DNA from: Candidatus Eiseniibacteriota bacterium
Lineage (GTDB): Bacteria; Eisenbacteria; RBG-16-71-46
Length of the DNA: 64,000 nt
NCBI GenBank assembly: GCA_044223005.1
Contig: JBGAML010000001.1
Span: 384,001-448,000, forward strand
Reading direction: 5' to 3'
Both the position numbers and the translations under genes were made by a program. This document shows positions 31,779 to 39,859 of this stretch, piece by piece; positions within the stretch are counted from its first letter, which is position 1, and each line of letters starts with the position of its first letter. The notes under the pieces were generated by a model. The model did no database searches, was not told the origin of the DNA, and saw only the letters and a program-made list of their open reading frames with translations.

Positions 31779-33506
31779 ATGCGTTCCCTCCGGCTCGGCC
31801 TCGCGCAGATCAACGCCACCGTCGGCGACCTCGACGGCAACTTCCGCCGCATCGTCCAGTCCATCGAAGCCGCCCGGAAGCTCGGCGTGGACCTGCTCGC
31901 GTTCCCCGAGATGGCCGTGACGGGCTACCCGCCCGAGGACCTGCTCTTGAAGCCCGCGTTCATCGCCCGGGCGATCGAGCGCACGCGCGACCTGCTCCCG
32001 CACACCGCCGGCATGACCGTGGTCGTGGGCACGGTCGAGCGCGACATCGATCTCTACAACGCCGCCGCGGTGCTGCACGACGGCCGCTGGATCGGCACGG
32101 CGCGCAAGCGCTACCTGCCCAACTACGGCGTGTTCGACGAGAACCGCTACTTCATCGCCGAGAAGCGCGCGCACGTGTTCCGCCGCGGCGAGGTGACGTT
32201 CGGCGTCAACGTCTGCGAGGACATCTGGATCGCGGGCGGCCCCGCCGAGGAGCAGGTGATCCGCGGCGGCGCCGAGCTGATCCTGAACGTCTCGGCGTCG
32301 CCCTACGACGCGCGCAAGCCCGACGACCGCCGCCGCATGATCGCCACGCGCGCCGCGGACAACCTCGCCGTGGTCGCGTACGTGAACCTGGTCGGCGGGC
32401 AGGACGAAGTGATCTTCGACGGCGGCAGCCTCGTGATCGACGAGCACGGCGAGCCGCTCGCGCAGGGCGCGATGTTCGCCGAGGACCTCGTGGTCGCCGA
32501 CCTGGACCTGGACCGCGTCTTCGACGCCCGGCTGCACGACTCGCGCCTGCGCAAGGAACGCGCGCTGGACGACGAGGGCCCGCTGCGCGTGATCGACGTG
32601 GGCGCGCTGCCCGCGCCGGCCGCCCGGCCCGCGCTGCCCGCGCGCTCCACGGCGCCCGCGCTCGACGGCGCCGCGGAGACCTACGCCGCGCTGCGGCTCG
32701 GGCTGCACGACTACGTCGCCAAGAACGGCTTCAAGACCGTGGTGCTCGGGCTCTCGGGCGGCATCGACTCCGCGCTCACCGCCACGCTCGCCGCCGACGC
32801 GCTCGGCGCCGCGAACGTGATCGGCGTCTCGATGCCGTCGGAGTACACGAGCGGCGAATCGATGACCGGCGCCGAGCAGCTCGCGAAAGCGCTCGGGATC
32901 CGGCTGCTGACGATCCCCATCCGCGACGTGATGGCCGGCTACGAGAAGGCGCTCGCGCAGGCGTTCGCGGGCAAGGCGCCCGACATCACCGAGGAGAACC
33001 TGCAGGCGCGCATCCGCGGCAACTACCTGATGGCGCTCTCCAACAAGTTCGGCTGGCTCGTGCTCACCACGGGCAACAAGAGCGAGACGTCGGTCGGCTA
33101 CAGCACGCTCTACGGCGACACCGCGGGCGGATTCGCAGTGCTGAAGGACGTCTACAAGACGCAAGTCTACGAGCTCTCGCGCTGGCGCAACACGATCTCG
33201 CCCGTGATCCCCGAGCACACGATCGTGCGCCCGCCCACCGCCGAGCTGCGCCCCAACCAGACCGACCAGGATTCGCTGCCGCCCTACGACGTGCTGGACG
33301 CGATCCTGCGGCTCTACGTGGAAGAGGACCGCTCGCTCGCCGACATCGTGGCGAAGGGCTTCGACGAGGCCACGGTGAAGCGCGTCGCGCGACTCGTGGA
33401 CCTCGCCGAGTACAAGCGCCGCCAGAGCCCGCCCGGCATCAAGATCACGCCGCGCGCGTTCGGGAAAGATCGCCGGCTCCCGATCACGAACGGGTGGCGG
33501 GGGTAG
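31779..33506 (+). CDS. nadE: Glutamine-dependent NAD+ synthetase
   Basis: Nitrilase domain (FPE, K..LPNYGVFDE.RYF, CEDIW) fused to synthetase domain (GLSGGIDS, ENLQARIRG, TGNKSE, AEYKRRQ). Confidence 0.96.
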   Translation: MRSLRLGLAQINATVGDLDGNFRRIVQSIEAARKLGVDLLAFPEMAVTGYPPEDLLLKPAFIARAIERTRDLLPHTAGMTVVVGTVERDIDLYNAAAVLHDGRWIGTARKRYLPNYGVFDENRYFIAEKRAHVFRRGEVTFGVNVCEDIWIAGGPAEEQVIRGGAELILNVSASPYDARKPDDRRRMIATRAADNLAVVAYVNLVGGQDEVIFDGGSLVIDEHGEPLAQGAMFAEDLVVADLDLDRVFDARLHDSRLRKERALDDEGPLRVIDVGALPAPAARPALPARSTAPALDGAAETYAALRLGLHDYVAKNGFKTVVLGLSGGIDSALTATLAADALGAANVIGVSMPSEYTSGESMTGAEQLAKALGIRLLTIPIRDVMAGYEKALAQAFAGKAPDITEENLQARIRGNYLMALSNKFGWLVLTTGNKSETSVGYSTLYGDTAGGFAVLKDVYKTQVYELSRWRNTISPVIPEHTIVRPPTAELRPNQTDQDSLPPYDVLDAILRLYVEEDRSLADIVAKGFDEATVKRVARLVDLAEYKRRQSPPGIKITPRAFGKDRRLPITNGWRG

Positions 33507-33542
33507 GAGAACTCGCCACCGCGCCCCCCAGGCTAGGGACAA

Positions 33543-34049
33543 CTATCGCCCCACCGAGGGCCTCTTGGGTCGCACGGTGACCTCTCTGTAGAACCGGGCG
33601 CCTGGATGCACGATTGCCCCACATCGCATGTAGACAATGAACACGGGGCTGTCATTGATGTATGTCTCGCAGCGCAAGGTGTCATTGGCGGCGCTGACGA
33701 CGGTGATGGTGTGTCGCTCAACCGGAAGATCGATGCTCGCAAAGGCCTGGTTGCCGGCAGCAGCCGCGGTATCGCCATGCCCGTAGCATGGCGGCACGCC
33801 TTCCGTGACGTGCAAATAGTCGGTCGAATCCGACCAATGCTGCAGCTTCCCGGCAAGTTTGCCGTCGACATACACGCGGGCCTCGATCGCGTCGCTGTCG
33901 CCAAACCACGTGGTCGTTCGCCTCGTGCGGCCTGCGCAGGAGCACACGAGCACGACGAGCAGCAGGAAGGCGCGTCCGTATCGCCAAGACGTCACGGTCA
34001 AGCCTCTCGGGATCAAGCGAAGTACTCCAGGATCGTTGCGAGGGCGCAT
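33543..34049 (-). CDS. Hypothetical lipoprotein-like protein with atypical lower-GC composition (alternative start GTG 33995)
   Basis: Hydrophobic LLLVVLVCSC lipobox-like segment; ARVYVDGK.G PEGA-like motif; AT-richer codons. Confidence 0.55.
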   Translation of the reverse strand: MRPRNDPGVLRLIPRGLTVTSWRYGRAFLLLVVLVCSCAGRTRRTTTWFGDSDAIEARVYVDGKLAGKLQHWSDSTDYLHVTEGVPPCYGHGDTAAAAGNQAFASIDLPVERHTITVVSAANDTLRCETYINDSPVFIVYMRCGAIVHPGARFYREVTVRPKRPSVGR

Positions 34050-34178
34050 CTACTGAGAAGCGTGGACGCCACCAGAGGAAGCCCCATTCCCGCGCTCGGG
34101 ACTCTCACGCACGCGGACCGGCACAGCAAGTGTGCGTGGCGCTCCTCCCCGCGTGATCGGACGGCGCTCGCCTCGCCC

Positions 34179-35447
34179 TCAGTGTCCCGCCGCAGCTCCC
34201 GGTTCGCCCGGTGTCGGCGCCGAGGCGGCTGCCTTGCGGAACACGCCGCGCGTGAAGAACGCGATGCCGGCCATCGCGGTCAGCGTGAAGAGCGCGGCGA
34301 GCAGGAACGGCGCGCCGGGCAGGTAGAGATGGCCCGGGCGCGTGAAGTGGGCGAACGCGCCGGTCAGGATCGGTGGGCCCGTGATCGCGGCCAGGCTCTG
34401 CAGGCTCGCGACGCCGCCCTGGAGCTCGCCCTGCTCGTCGGCGGCCACGGTGCGTGAGAGCGTCGAGTTCATGGACGGGAACACCAGCCCCTGCAGCGCC
34501 GCCACGGTCATGACGGGATAGATCATCCAGCCGTGCGTCGCGAGCGCGTTGCCCGCGAAGCCGACGAGCCCCAGCGAGAGCCCGAGCAGGATCGCGCGCC
34601 GTTCGCCGATCTTCGGGATCAGCCGCCGCGTCACGAACGCCTGCGCCAGCGCCATCATGAGCCCCGTGTAGCCGAGCGAGGTGCCGATGGCGCCTTCGTG
34701 CCAGTGGAAGCGCTCGCGCGTGTAGAACGCCCACACGGAGGGATACGACTGGTGCGCGAGCATCCAGAAGAACCACGAGCCGAGCAGCGTCAGCGCGCCG
34801 CGCCGCCGGGCGAGCGAGCGCATGGTGCCGAACGGGTTCGCGCGCTTCAGGTCGAACGCGCGCCGCCGGTCGGCCGGCAGCGATTCGGGCAGCAGGAAGA
34901 AGCCGATCGCCGCGTTGAGCAGCGCCAGCACGCCGGCGGCGAAGAACGGCACGCGCGGCCCCAGCATGCCGAGCAGCCCGCCGAGCGCGGGCCCGAGGAT
35001 GAAGCCGGTGCCGAACGCGGCGCCCATCAGGCCGAACGTCTGCGCGCGGCGCTCGGGCGGCGTGATGTCCGTGAGGTAAGCGCTCGCGGGCACGAAGCTG
35101 GCGCCCGCCATGCCCGCAACCGCGCGGCTCGCGAACAACCAGCCGATGTTGGGCGCGAGTCCCATCACGATGTAGTCGGCGCCGAACGCGACCAGCGACG
35201 TGAGGATCACGGGCCGCCGCCCGAAGCGATCGCCGAGCCCGCCCATGACCGGCCCGAACAGGAACTGCATGCCCGCGAACGCGAACATGAGCCAGCCGCC
35301 GTAGCGCGCGGCCTCACCCACCGACACGTGCGTCAGGTCGGTGATGAGCCGCGGCATGACCGGCATCACGATGCCGAAGCCGATGACGTCGAGCAGCAGC
35401 GTCACCAGGACGATGGTGAGCGCGCGCTTTTCCTGCGAGGGGTTCAT
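34179..35447 (-). CDS. MFS transporter, TCR/TetA-like DHA1 family
   Basis: LDVIGFGIVMPVMP; GGLGDRFGRRPV; GFILGPALGG; LPESL; QGELQG. Confidence 0.92.
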   Translation of the reverse strand: MNPSQEKRALTIVLVTLLLDVIGFGIVMPVMPRLITDLTHVSVGEAARYGGWLMFAFAGMQFLFGPVMGGLGDRFGRRPVILTSLVAFGADYIVMGLAPNIGWLFASRAVAGMAGASFVPASAYLTDITPPERRAQTFGLMGAAFGTGFILGPALGGLLGMLGPRVPFFAAGVLALLNAAIGFFLLPESLPADRRRAFDLKRANPFGTMRSLARRRGALTLLGSWFFWMLAHQSYPSVWAFYTRERFHWHEGAIGTSLGYTGLMMALAQAFVTRRLIPKIGERRAILLGLSLGLVGFAGNALATHGWMIYPVMTVAALQGLVFPSMNSTLSRTVAADEQGELQGGVASLQSLAAITGPPILTGAFAHFTRPGHLYLPGAPFLLAALFTLTAMAGIAFFTRGVFRKAAASAPTPGEPGAAAGH

Positions 35448-35638
35448 GCGGAGCTTTCCGTGGTCGCGAAGGTGAAAGGGCGCGGCCACACCCGGCGGGG
35501 CGCGGGAAGCTAGCAGACGGCGGGCGGCGGCGCGAAGGGCGAATCGACCGGCGCGGCACGCGGGACGCGCCGACGGGCACCGCGGCCCACGGGCGGGCGC
35601 TCCGCGAGCGTCCGGACGACGGCGAGGACGGCCGCCCA

Positions 35639-36964
35639 CTACGCCGCCGACCGTCCGCCCGGCGGCCCGAGCAGGCGCAGCGCGGCGCGCACGCGCTCCT
35701 CGAGCGACGCGCCGTCCATGATCGGCGTGCGCAGGGCCACTTCGCGCGCTTCGCCCAGGCGCAGGCCGAGGCCGCGCAGCCATGGGACGAGCTCCTCGGC
35801 CGCGGCCCGGCGTGCGGCGTCCGCCGCCGCGGCGCGCTCGCGCTCGGCACGCGCCTCCACGCGCGCAGCGGCTTCACGCTCCTTCTCGGCCCGTGCCTGC
35901 TCGGCGCGTTCGGCGAGGAGCCGCTCGCGCTCGGCGCGACGGCGCTCCTGCTCGGCGCGGGCCGCTTCCCGCTTTCGCTCCATGAAACGCTTGCCGAACG
36001 CGCGCTCGGCCGCGAGCTGGTTGTGCGCGTGGCAGCGGAGCCGCAGGTTCGGTGGCGTGGATTCGCCGCCGAGCGCGCGCGAGATCACATGATCGAACTG
36101 CAGCTGCTTGCGGCATTCGCAGCGGCGGCCGGCATCGCTCTCATAGGTGCACTGGCCTCCGTCGCGCTGCCAGACCTCACGGCGCACGGCCTTCGGAATG
36201 TAGTCCGGATTTGCCGACGGTCGGCTCGTGGGGCGGGACGTACCGCCACCGAACTTCCGCTTCTCGAGCTTCTCGCGCCACGCGGCGACCATGTGCTCGA
36301 ACGCGCGAACCGGGTCGTGCGCGACGTCATACGCCGCGAGCGCGAGCGCGTCGCGGTAGGCGTCCGCGAGTTCGGCGGGCACTTCGAAACGAATGACGCG
36401 TCGCGTCGGAGCGGCCGGAGTTGGCTGGGCAGCGGTCTGCAGAACCGGCGCGACCGCTTGACCATTTCTGGAAATGACAGGATTTGAATCCTGTTCCCTC
36501 TCCGTGTTCGCAACGACTTGCGCGAGCAGATCCGGACCCTGCGCATCGCTCGCGGCCTTCGCGGCCCGGGTCGCAAGCAGCTCGCGAATCTCCCCGCACG
36601 ATCGGCGCGCCGAAGCTGCGATCAGCTCGTCGGCATTCCCGGGTTCGATGACCGCCGCGAGCATCAACACGGCGCTAAGGTGCAGCCGTCCATCCGCGAC
36701 CGCCGGCAGGAGCGCCGGCACCGCACGCACGGCCCGCGCCGCGAGGATCTTCTTGTCCGCCGAATCGGCGTCCATCCCCAGCTCGCCAACGAGGAACGCC
36801 GTCGTCGAGCCGTACGCCGCCTCGACGTAGAGCTTCCGCGCGTCGATCTCGGCGAGATGCTCGAGCAGTTCCGCGAGATTGACGGCGCGCGCCGCCAACA
36901 GCGAGCGCGTCTCCGAAACCAGGACCTGGGGCGTGAGCGAGAAGAGCGAGCGAACGGTCCGCAT
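35639..36964 (-). CDS. HNH endonuclease with DUF222-like N-terminal region and RuvA-C-like helical tail
   Basis: LLEHLAEID.RKLY...Y.S...F...LG; G.LHLS; YIPKAVRREVWQRDGGQC...C...LQFDHV...GG...NLRLRC.AHN; tail LRGLGLR..EA. Confidence 0.85.
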   Translation of the reverse strand: MRTVRSLFSLTPQVLVSETRSLLAARAVNLAELLEHLAEIDARKLYVEAAYGSTTAFLVGELGMDADSADKKILAARAVRAVPALLPAVADGRLHLSAVLMLAAVIEPGNADELIAASARRSCGEIRELLATRAAKAASDAQGPDLLAQVVANTEREQDSNPVISRNGQAVAPVLQTAAQPTPAAPTRRVIRFEVPAELADAYRDALALAAYDVAHDPVRAFEHMVAAWREKLEKRKFGGGTSRPTSRPSANPDYIPKAVRREVWQRDGGQCTYESDAGRRCECRKQLQFDHVISRALGGESTPPNLRLRCHAHNQLAAERAFGKRFMERKREAARAEQERRRAERERLLAERAEQARAEKEREAAARVEARAERERAAAADAARRAAAEELVPWLRGLGLRLGEAREVALRTPIMDGASLEERVRAALRLLGPPGGRSAA

Positions 36965-37344
36965 GAGCACATCCGCGTCGGGGGCGGGTGCGTGTCGAGC
37001 GCACGTGTTTTGTAGCACACGCGAAAACGGCCGCCGCAGTCGCGCGCACGTCGCGAGTTGACACGATTCGCGACAACTTCGCGGCGATCACGTGCGCGAG
37101 GCGTCGCACGCGCGGCGAAGGCGCGCAGGCGCGGAGCCGCGGATGCCACCGCGAGATCGAACTCGTGACGCGCGAAAACGTGTCAATGGCGGATTCCGCG
37201 GACACGTTCCGCGCGATCGCGCGGCATTCCCCCCACCGTCGCGGCGCGCCCCGCCGCCGCGACATCGCGCGCCCGCTCGCTCGCGCCCTCGCGCCGCGCG
37301 TGGCCCACACCCTCGCGCCGCCCGGCGGCCGCACCCTCGCCCCC

Positions 37345-37381
37345 AACACAAACCGCCGGCCCCCTCGCGGGAGCCGGCGGC
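37345..37381 (-). terminator. Terminator after the OMP/lipoprotein pair
   Basis: Minus strand GCCGCCGGCTCCC-GCGA-GGGGGCCGGCGGT followed by TTGTGTT. Confidence 0.7.
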
Positions 37382-37403
37382 TGCGTGCTGCGAAACGACG
37401 CGT

Positions 37404-37958
37404 CTACTTCCCGGCCGACACCACCGCGATCAGCGCGCCCTTCGACAGGTTGAAGTTGTAGCCGCCCGTCGCGACGGCGTAGAGATCGAAGCGGCCATCG
37501 CCCTTGATCTCGTTGATCAGCGTCTGGCGACCGACGAACAGCTTCGCCGAGTCGTTCCAGCCGACCTGGCGGGACGCGCCCGCCGCCAGCGTGACGGGGC
37601 CCCACAGGCGCACGCCGTTGGCGCGCACCGTGGCGTCCGTCGTGTAGACGGTCGTCGGAGTCGGGACGATGTAGAGCTCGATATCGGTCGAACTCGCCGC
37701 CGTGTTCGTGATCTTGCCCACGAACGCCAGGTCGGCCACGTCCTTCAGCTCCTTCTTGTGGTCCGAGTAGTCGCTCACCGTGTTCAGGTCGACCGGCACG
37801 CCGACCAGCGTGGTCGGACCGGTGATGGTGAGCGGATCGAGGCCGTGGTCGGCGAAGCTGTACGTCACGATCCACTGGCCCGAGATCAGGAAGCAGCCCG
37901 ATGCAACGAGGGCCGCGAGCAGCAGCGAAGGAATCCAGATGCGCAACGAGCGGTTCAT
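37404..37958 (-). CDS. Hypothetical lipoprotein
   Basis: Lipobox ASGC; beta-rich; follows the OMP gene in the same orientation. Confidence 0.8.
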   Translation of the reverse strand: MNRSLRIWIPSLLLAALVASGCFLISGQWIVTYSFADHGLDPLTITGPTTLVGVPVDLNTVSDYSDHKKELKDVADLAFVGKITNTAASSTDIELYIVPTPTTVYTTDATVRANGVRLWGPVTLAAGASRQVGWNDSAKLFVGRQTLINEIKGDGRFDLYAVATGGYNFNLSKGALIAVVSAGK

Positions 37959-37975
37959 GGTTCGCTTGTCTCCCT

Positions 37976-38512
37976 TCACGGCATGCTGAACAGCGCGTAG
38001 GACACGCCGAGGGTGGCGTTACCGAACTTGCGGGACGCTTCGCCGTCCACGACGGCCTGCAACTCGCCGCGCAGGTCGATCGTGACCTTGGGCACCGGCG
38101 AGAAGCCGACGCCGAGGCCGAAGCTGTACGACGTGAACGAGTCGTCGATCGGATCGCGCTTGAGCTTGGTCTGGCCGACACCCGCGAACGGGTAGAACGA
38201 CACCGGACCGCCCATGGTGAGCAGCGCGTTCGCGCCGTACGACGTGACGTCGAAGCCCGAGCGCGTGTAGTCGATGCCCGCGATCGTCTGCGTCTTGTCG
38301 CCGAGGCTGCTCGACGCGTAGTACGGCTCGACGGTGATCAGCGGAACCAGCTTGACCGGTACGCGGACGCCGAACAGCGTGCCGTTACCGGTATCGTCCT
38401 GCAGCACCGGGGTGCTCGTTCCGGCGAACGCCCCGACACCGATGCTGCCGGCCCGCGCGGTCGCGGCCGTGACGGCCGTGAGCACGAGCAGCAGCGCGAT
38501 GAATCGCCTCAT
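37976..38512 (-). CDS. Small outer-membrane beta-barrel (OmpA-TM/OmpW-like) protein
   Basis: Signal peptide; alternating beta strands; YPFAGVG; terminal LGVSY.LF; RBS GGAGG. Confidence 0.8.
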   Translation of the reverse strand: MRRFIALLLVLTAVTAATARAGSIGVGAFAGTSTPVLQDDTGNGTLFGVRVPVKLVPLITVEPYYASSSLGDKTQTIAGIDYTRSGFDVTSYGANALLTMGGPVSFYPFAGVGQTKLKRDPIDDSFTSYSFGLGVGFSPVPKVTIDLRGELQAVVDGEASRKFGNATLGVSYALFSMP

Positions 38513-38656
38513 GGTGCAACCTCCCGTGGTCGTTGCGTCCGGACGGGGAACGTGCCCGGAACGCGGCTGGGCCTCGGTGCCACACCGCGGCCACGATGCG
38601 GATGTTCTTCGGCCCGCCCGATGACGAACTTTCGCGGACCCGGCTGCGTGCTATGG

Positions 38657-39340
38657 CTACTGGCGCGTGTGCACGAGCCGTACCGTGGCGCCGCAATGGC
38701 GGCCCAGCAGGTCGGCGATTCGCCCCAGCATCGCCGACAGCTCGTCGCTGCGACGCTCGGCGGGGCTGAACACCACGGCCAGGATCGATGTCGTGCTCGT
38801 CGTCACCTGCGTTCGTGCGGAATCCGACGTCGGCGCGCCGAATGGCCCATCGTCGTCCGCGAGCAGCGGGCGATTCGAGAGGTTCACGCGAGCCTTGCGG
38901 ATGCCGTCGTACCCCTCACCCATGCGCCCCAGGCGCGCGAACACGGCATTTCGCACGAGGTCGCGATCGTAGAGCCCGAGTGAGAACTGGAACTCTAACG
39001 AAGCGAGGTTGCAGACGTCCACCACGGGATGGATTTCCGGGAGCGGCTTGCCCTGCAGCACGCGGCGCAGGAGCGCCTCGCTGGAGGGGCGCGTCTTGGT
39101 GGGGTCCACGCCGAGACGGTGGAACATGGCGCGGTTCTCGGCGACACCGGGCATGTCCGCGGGGGCCTTGCCGGCGTAGCGGCGCTGCAGCTGCGCGCAG
39201 GACGCGTCGCGTTCGGCGGCGAAATCGGCGCCCACGGGCTCGCGACGGACGCCATCGGCTTCGAGCCAGCCGAGCATCATCACGCCACGGAGAGCTTCGT
39301 CGATGTCGAGCGAAATGCCACCCGTGCGGGCGAGCGTCAT
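38657..39340 (-). CDS. Stand-alone B3/B4 (PheT-related) tRNA-editing domain protein
   Basis: R..F.RLGVDPTKTRPSSEALLRR, VDVCN..SL...GLYD, DD.GPFG.PTSDS.RT; RBS GAGGAGG. Confidence 0.88.
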   Translation of the reverse strand: MTLARTGGISLDIDEALRGVMMLGWLEADGVRREPVGADFAAERDASCAQLQRRYAGKAPADMPGVAENRAMFHRLGVDPTKTRPSSEALLRRVLQGKPLPEIHPVVDVCNLASLEFQFSLGLYDRDLVRNAVFARLGRMGEGYDGIRKARVNLSNRPLLADDDGPFGAPTSDSARTQVTTSTTSILAVVFSPAERRSDELSAMLGRIADLLGRHCGATVRLVHTRQ

Positions 39341-39655
39341 CGCGGGAGTCCTCCTCGTCCGGCGGAAAGGGTGGCCGGGAACGTGCGAGGGATGGGACTC
39401 AACGAACGTCTGAAAGAGCGGGCGGCGGGAATTCCCTTTCCGACCCAATTCGTGGCCCGACGATGGACGCCGTGCCGTCGATTCGGCCAAAACTCATGTC
39501 ATCGCCGCCCGCCGGTTCGTGAGTCCCTCGGTCGATCGCGGATCGTCGCGCTCGAAGACCGCCGGCATCTTGCGCTGCTGTCGTGGCTCGTCGTGTGTGC
39601 AGCGCGCGGTGAAGCGTGTTCGCTGCACCATAGGGGCGATGCCGTGCGGGCGCAA
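39341..39655 (-). promoter_or_regulatory. Promoter plus ~280-nt structured 5' leader (or co-transcribed sRNA) of the B3/4 gene
   Basis: TTGCGC (39655-50), 17 nt, TATGGT (39632-27); long rod 39394-39527; CGGAAAGGG/CCCUUUCCG switch pair next to the SD. Confidence 0.55.
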
Positions 39656-39832
39656 GCGATTCTTGACCGGAAACACGGATAATTCGCGCGCGCGTGTCGC
39701 GAAACTTTCGTGCCGACGCGTCGCATCACGCGTGACGAACGCGCGAAGTTTCGTGACGCGTGCGCGCGTTTCGCTGGACGCACCACTGGCGGCGACGTCA
39801 CGCGCTGCGATGCATCGTGTCGCGCGACGTGG

Positions 39833-39859
39833 TGACGCACGACGAAACGACGTGCGTCA
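39833..39859 (-). terminator. Hairpin starting at the stop codon of the GreA-domain gene
   Basis: TGACGCACG-N9-CGTGCGTCA perfect 9-bp stem; no clear U tail. Confidence 0.4.

Noticed and set aside
35639..36964. IscB/Cas9-like RNA-guided nuclease
   Set aside because: No PLMP or RuvC motifs; only a C-terminal HNH with a DUF222-like N-terminus.
37280..37345. Short direct repeats CCCTCGC(GCCGC) x3
   Set aside because: Too short and GC-rich to be significant.
39345..39365. Guanidine-III riboswitch (CCGGACGAGG matches its 5' end) upstream of B3/4
   Set aside because: The downstream P1 partner, second ACGA element and pseudoknot strand are missing. The match runs straight into the SD.
39430..39452. 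T-box-like AAUUGGGUCGG
   Set aside because: Lacks the UGGN bulge that pairs with tRNA NCCA, and there is no recognisable specifier or GA motif.
39494..39676. 60-aa ORF as a leader peptide for B3/4
   Set aside because: It starts upstream of the predicted promoter and has no RBS and no regulatory codon run.
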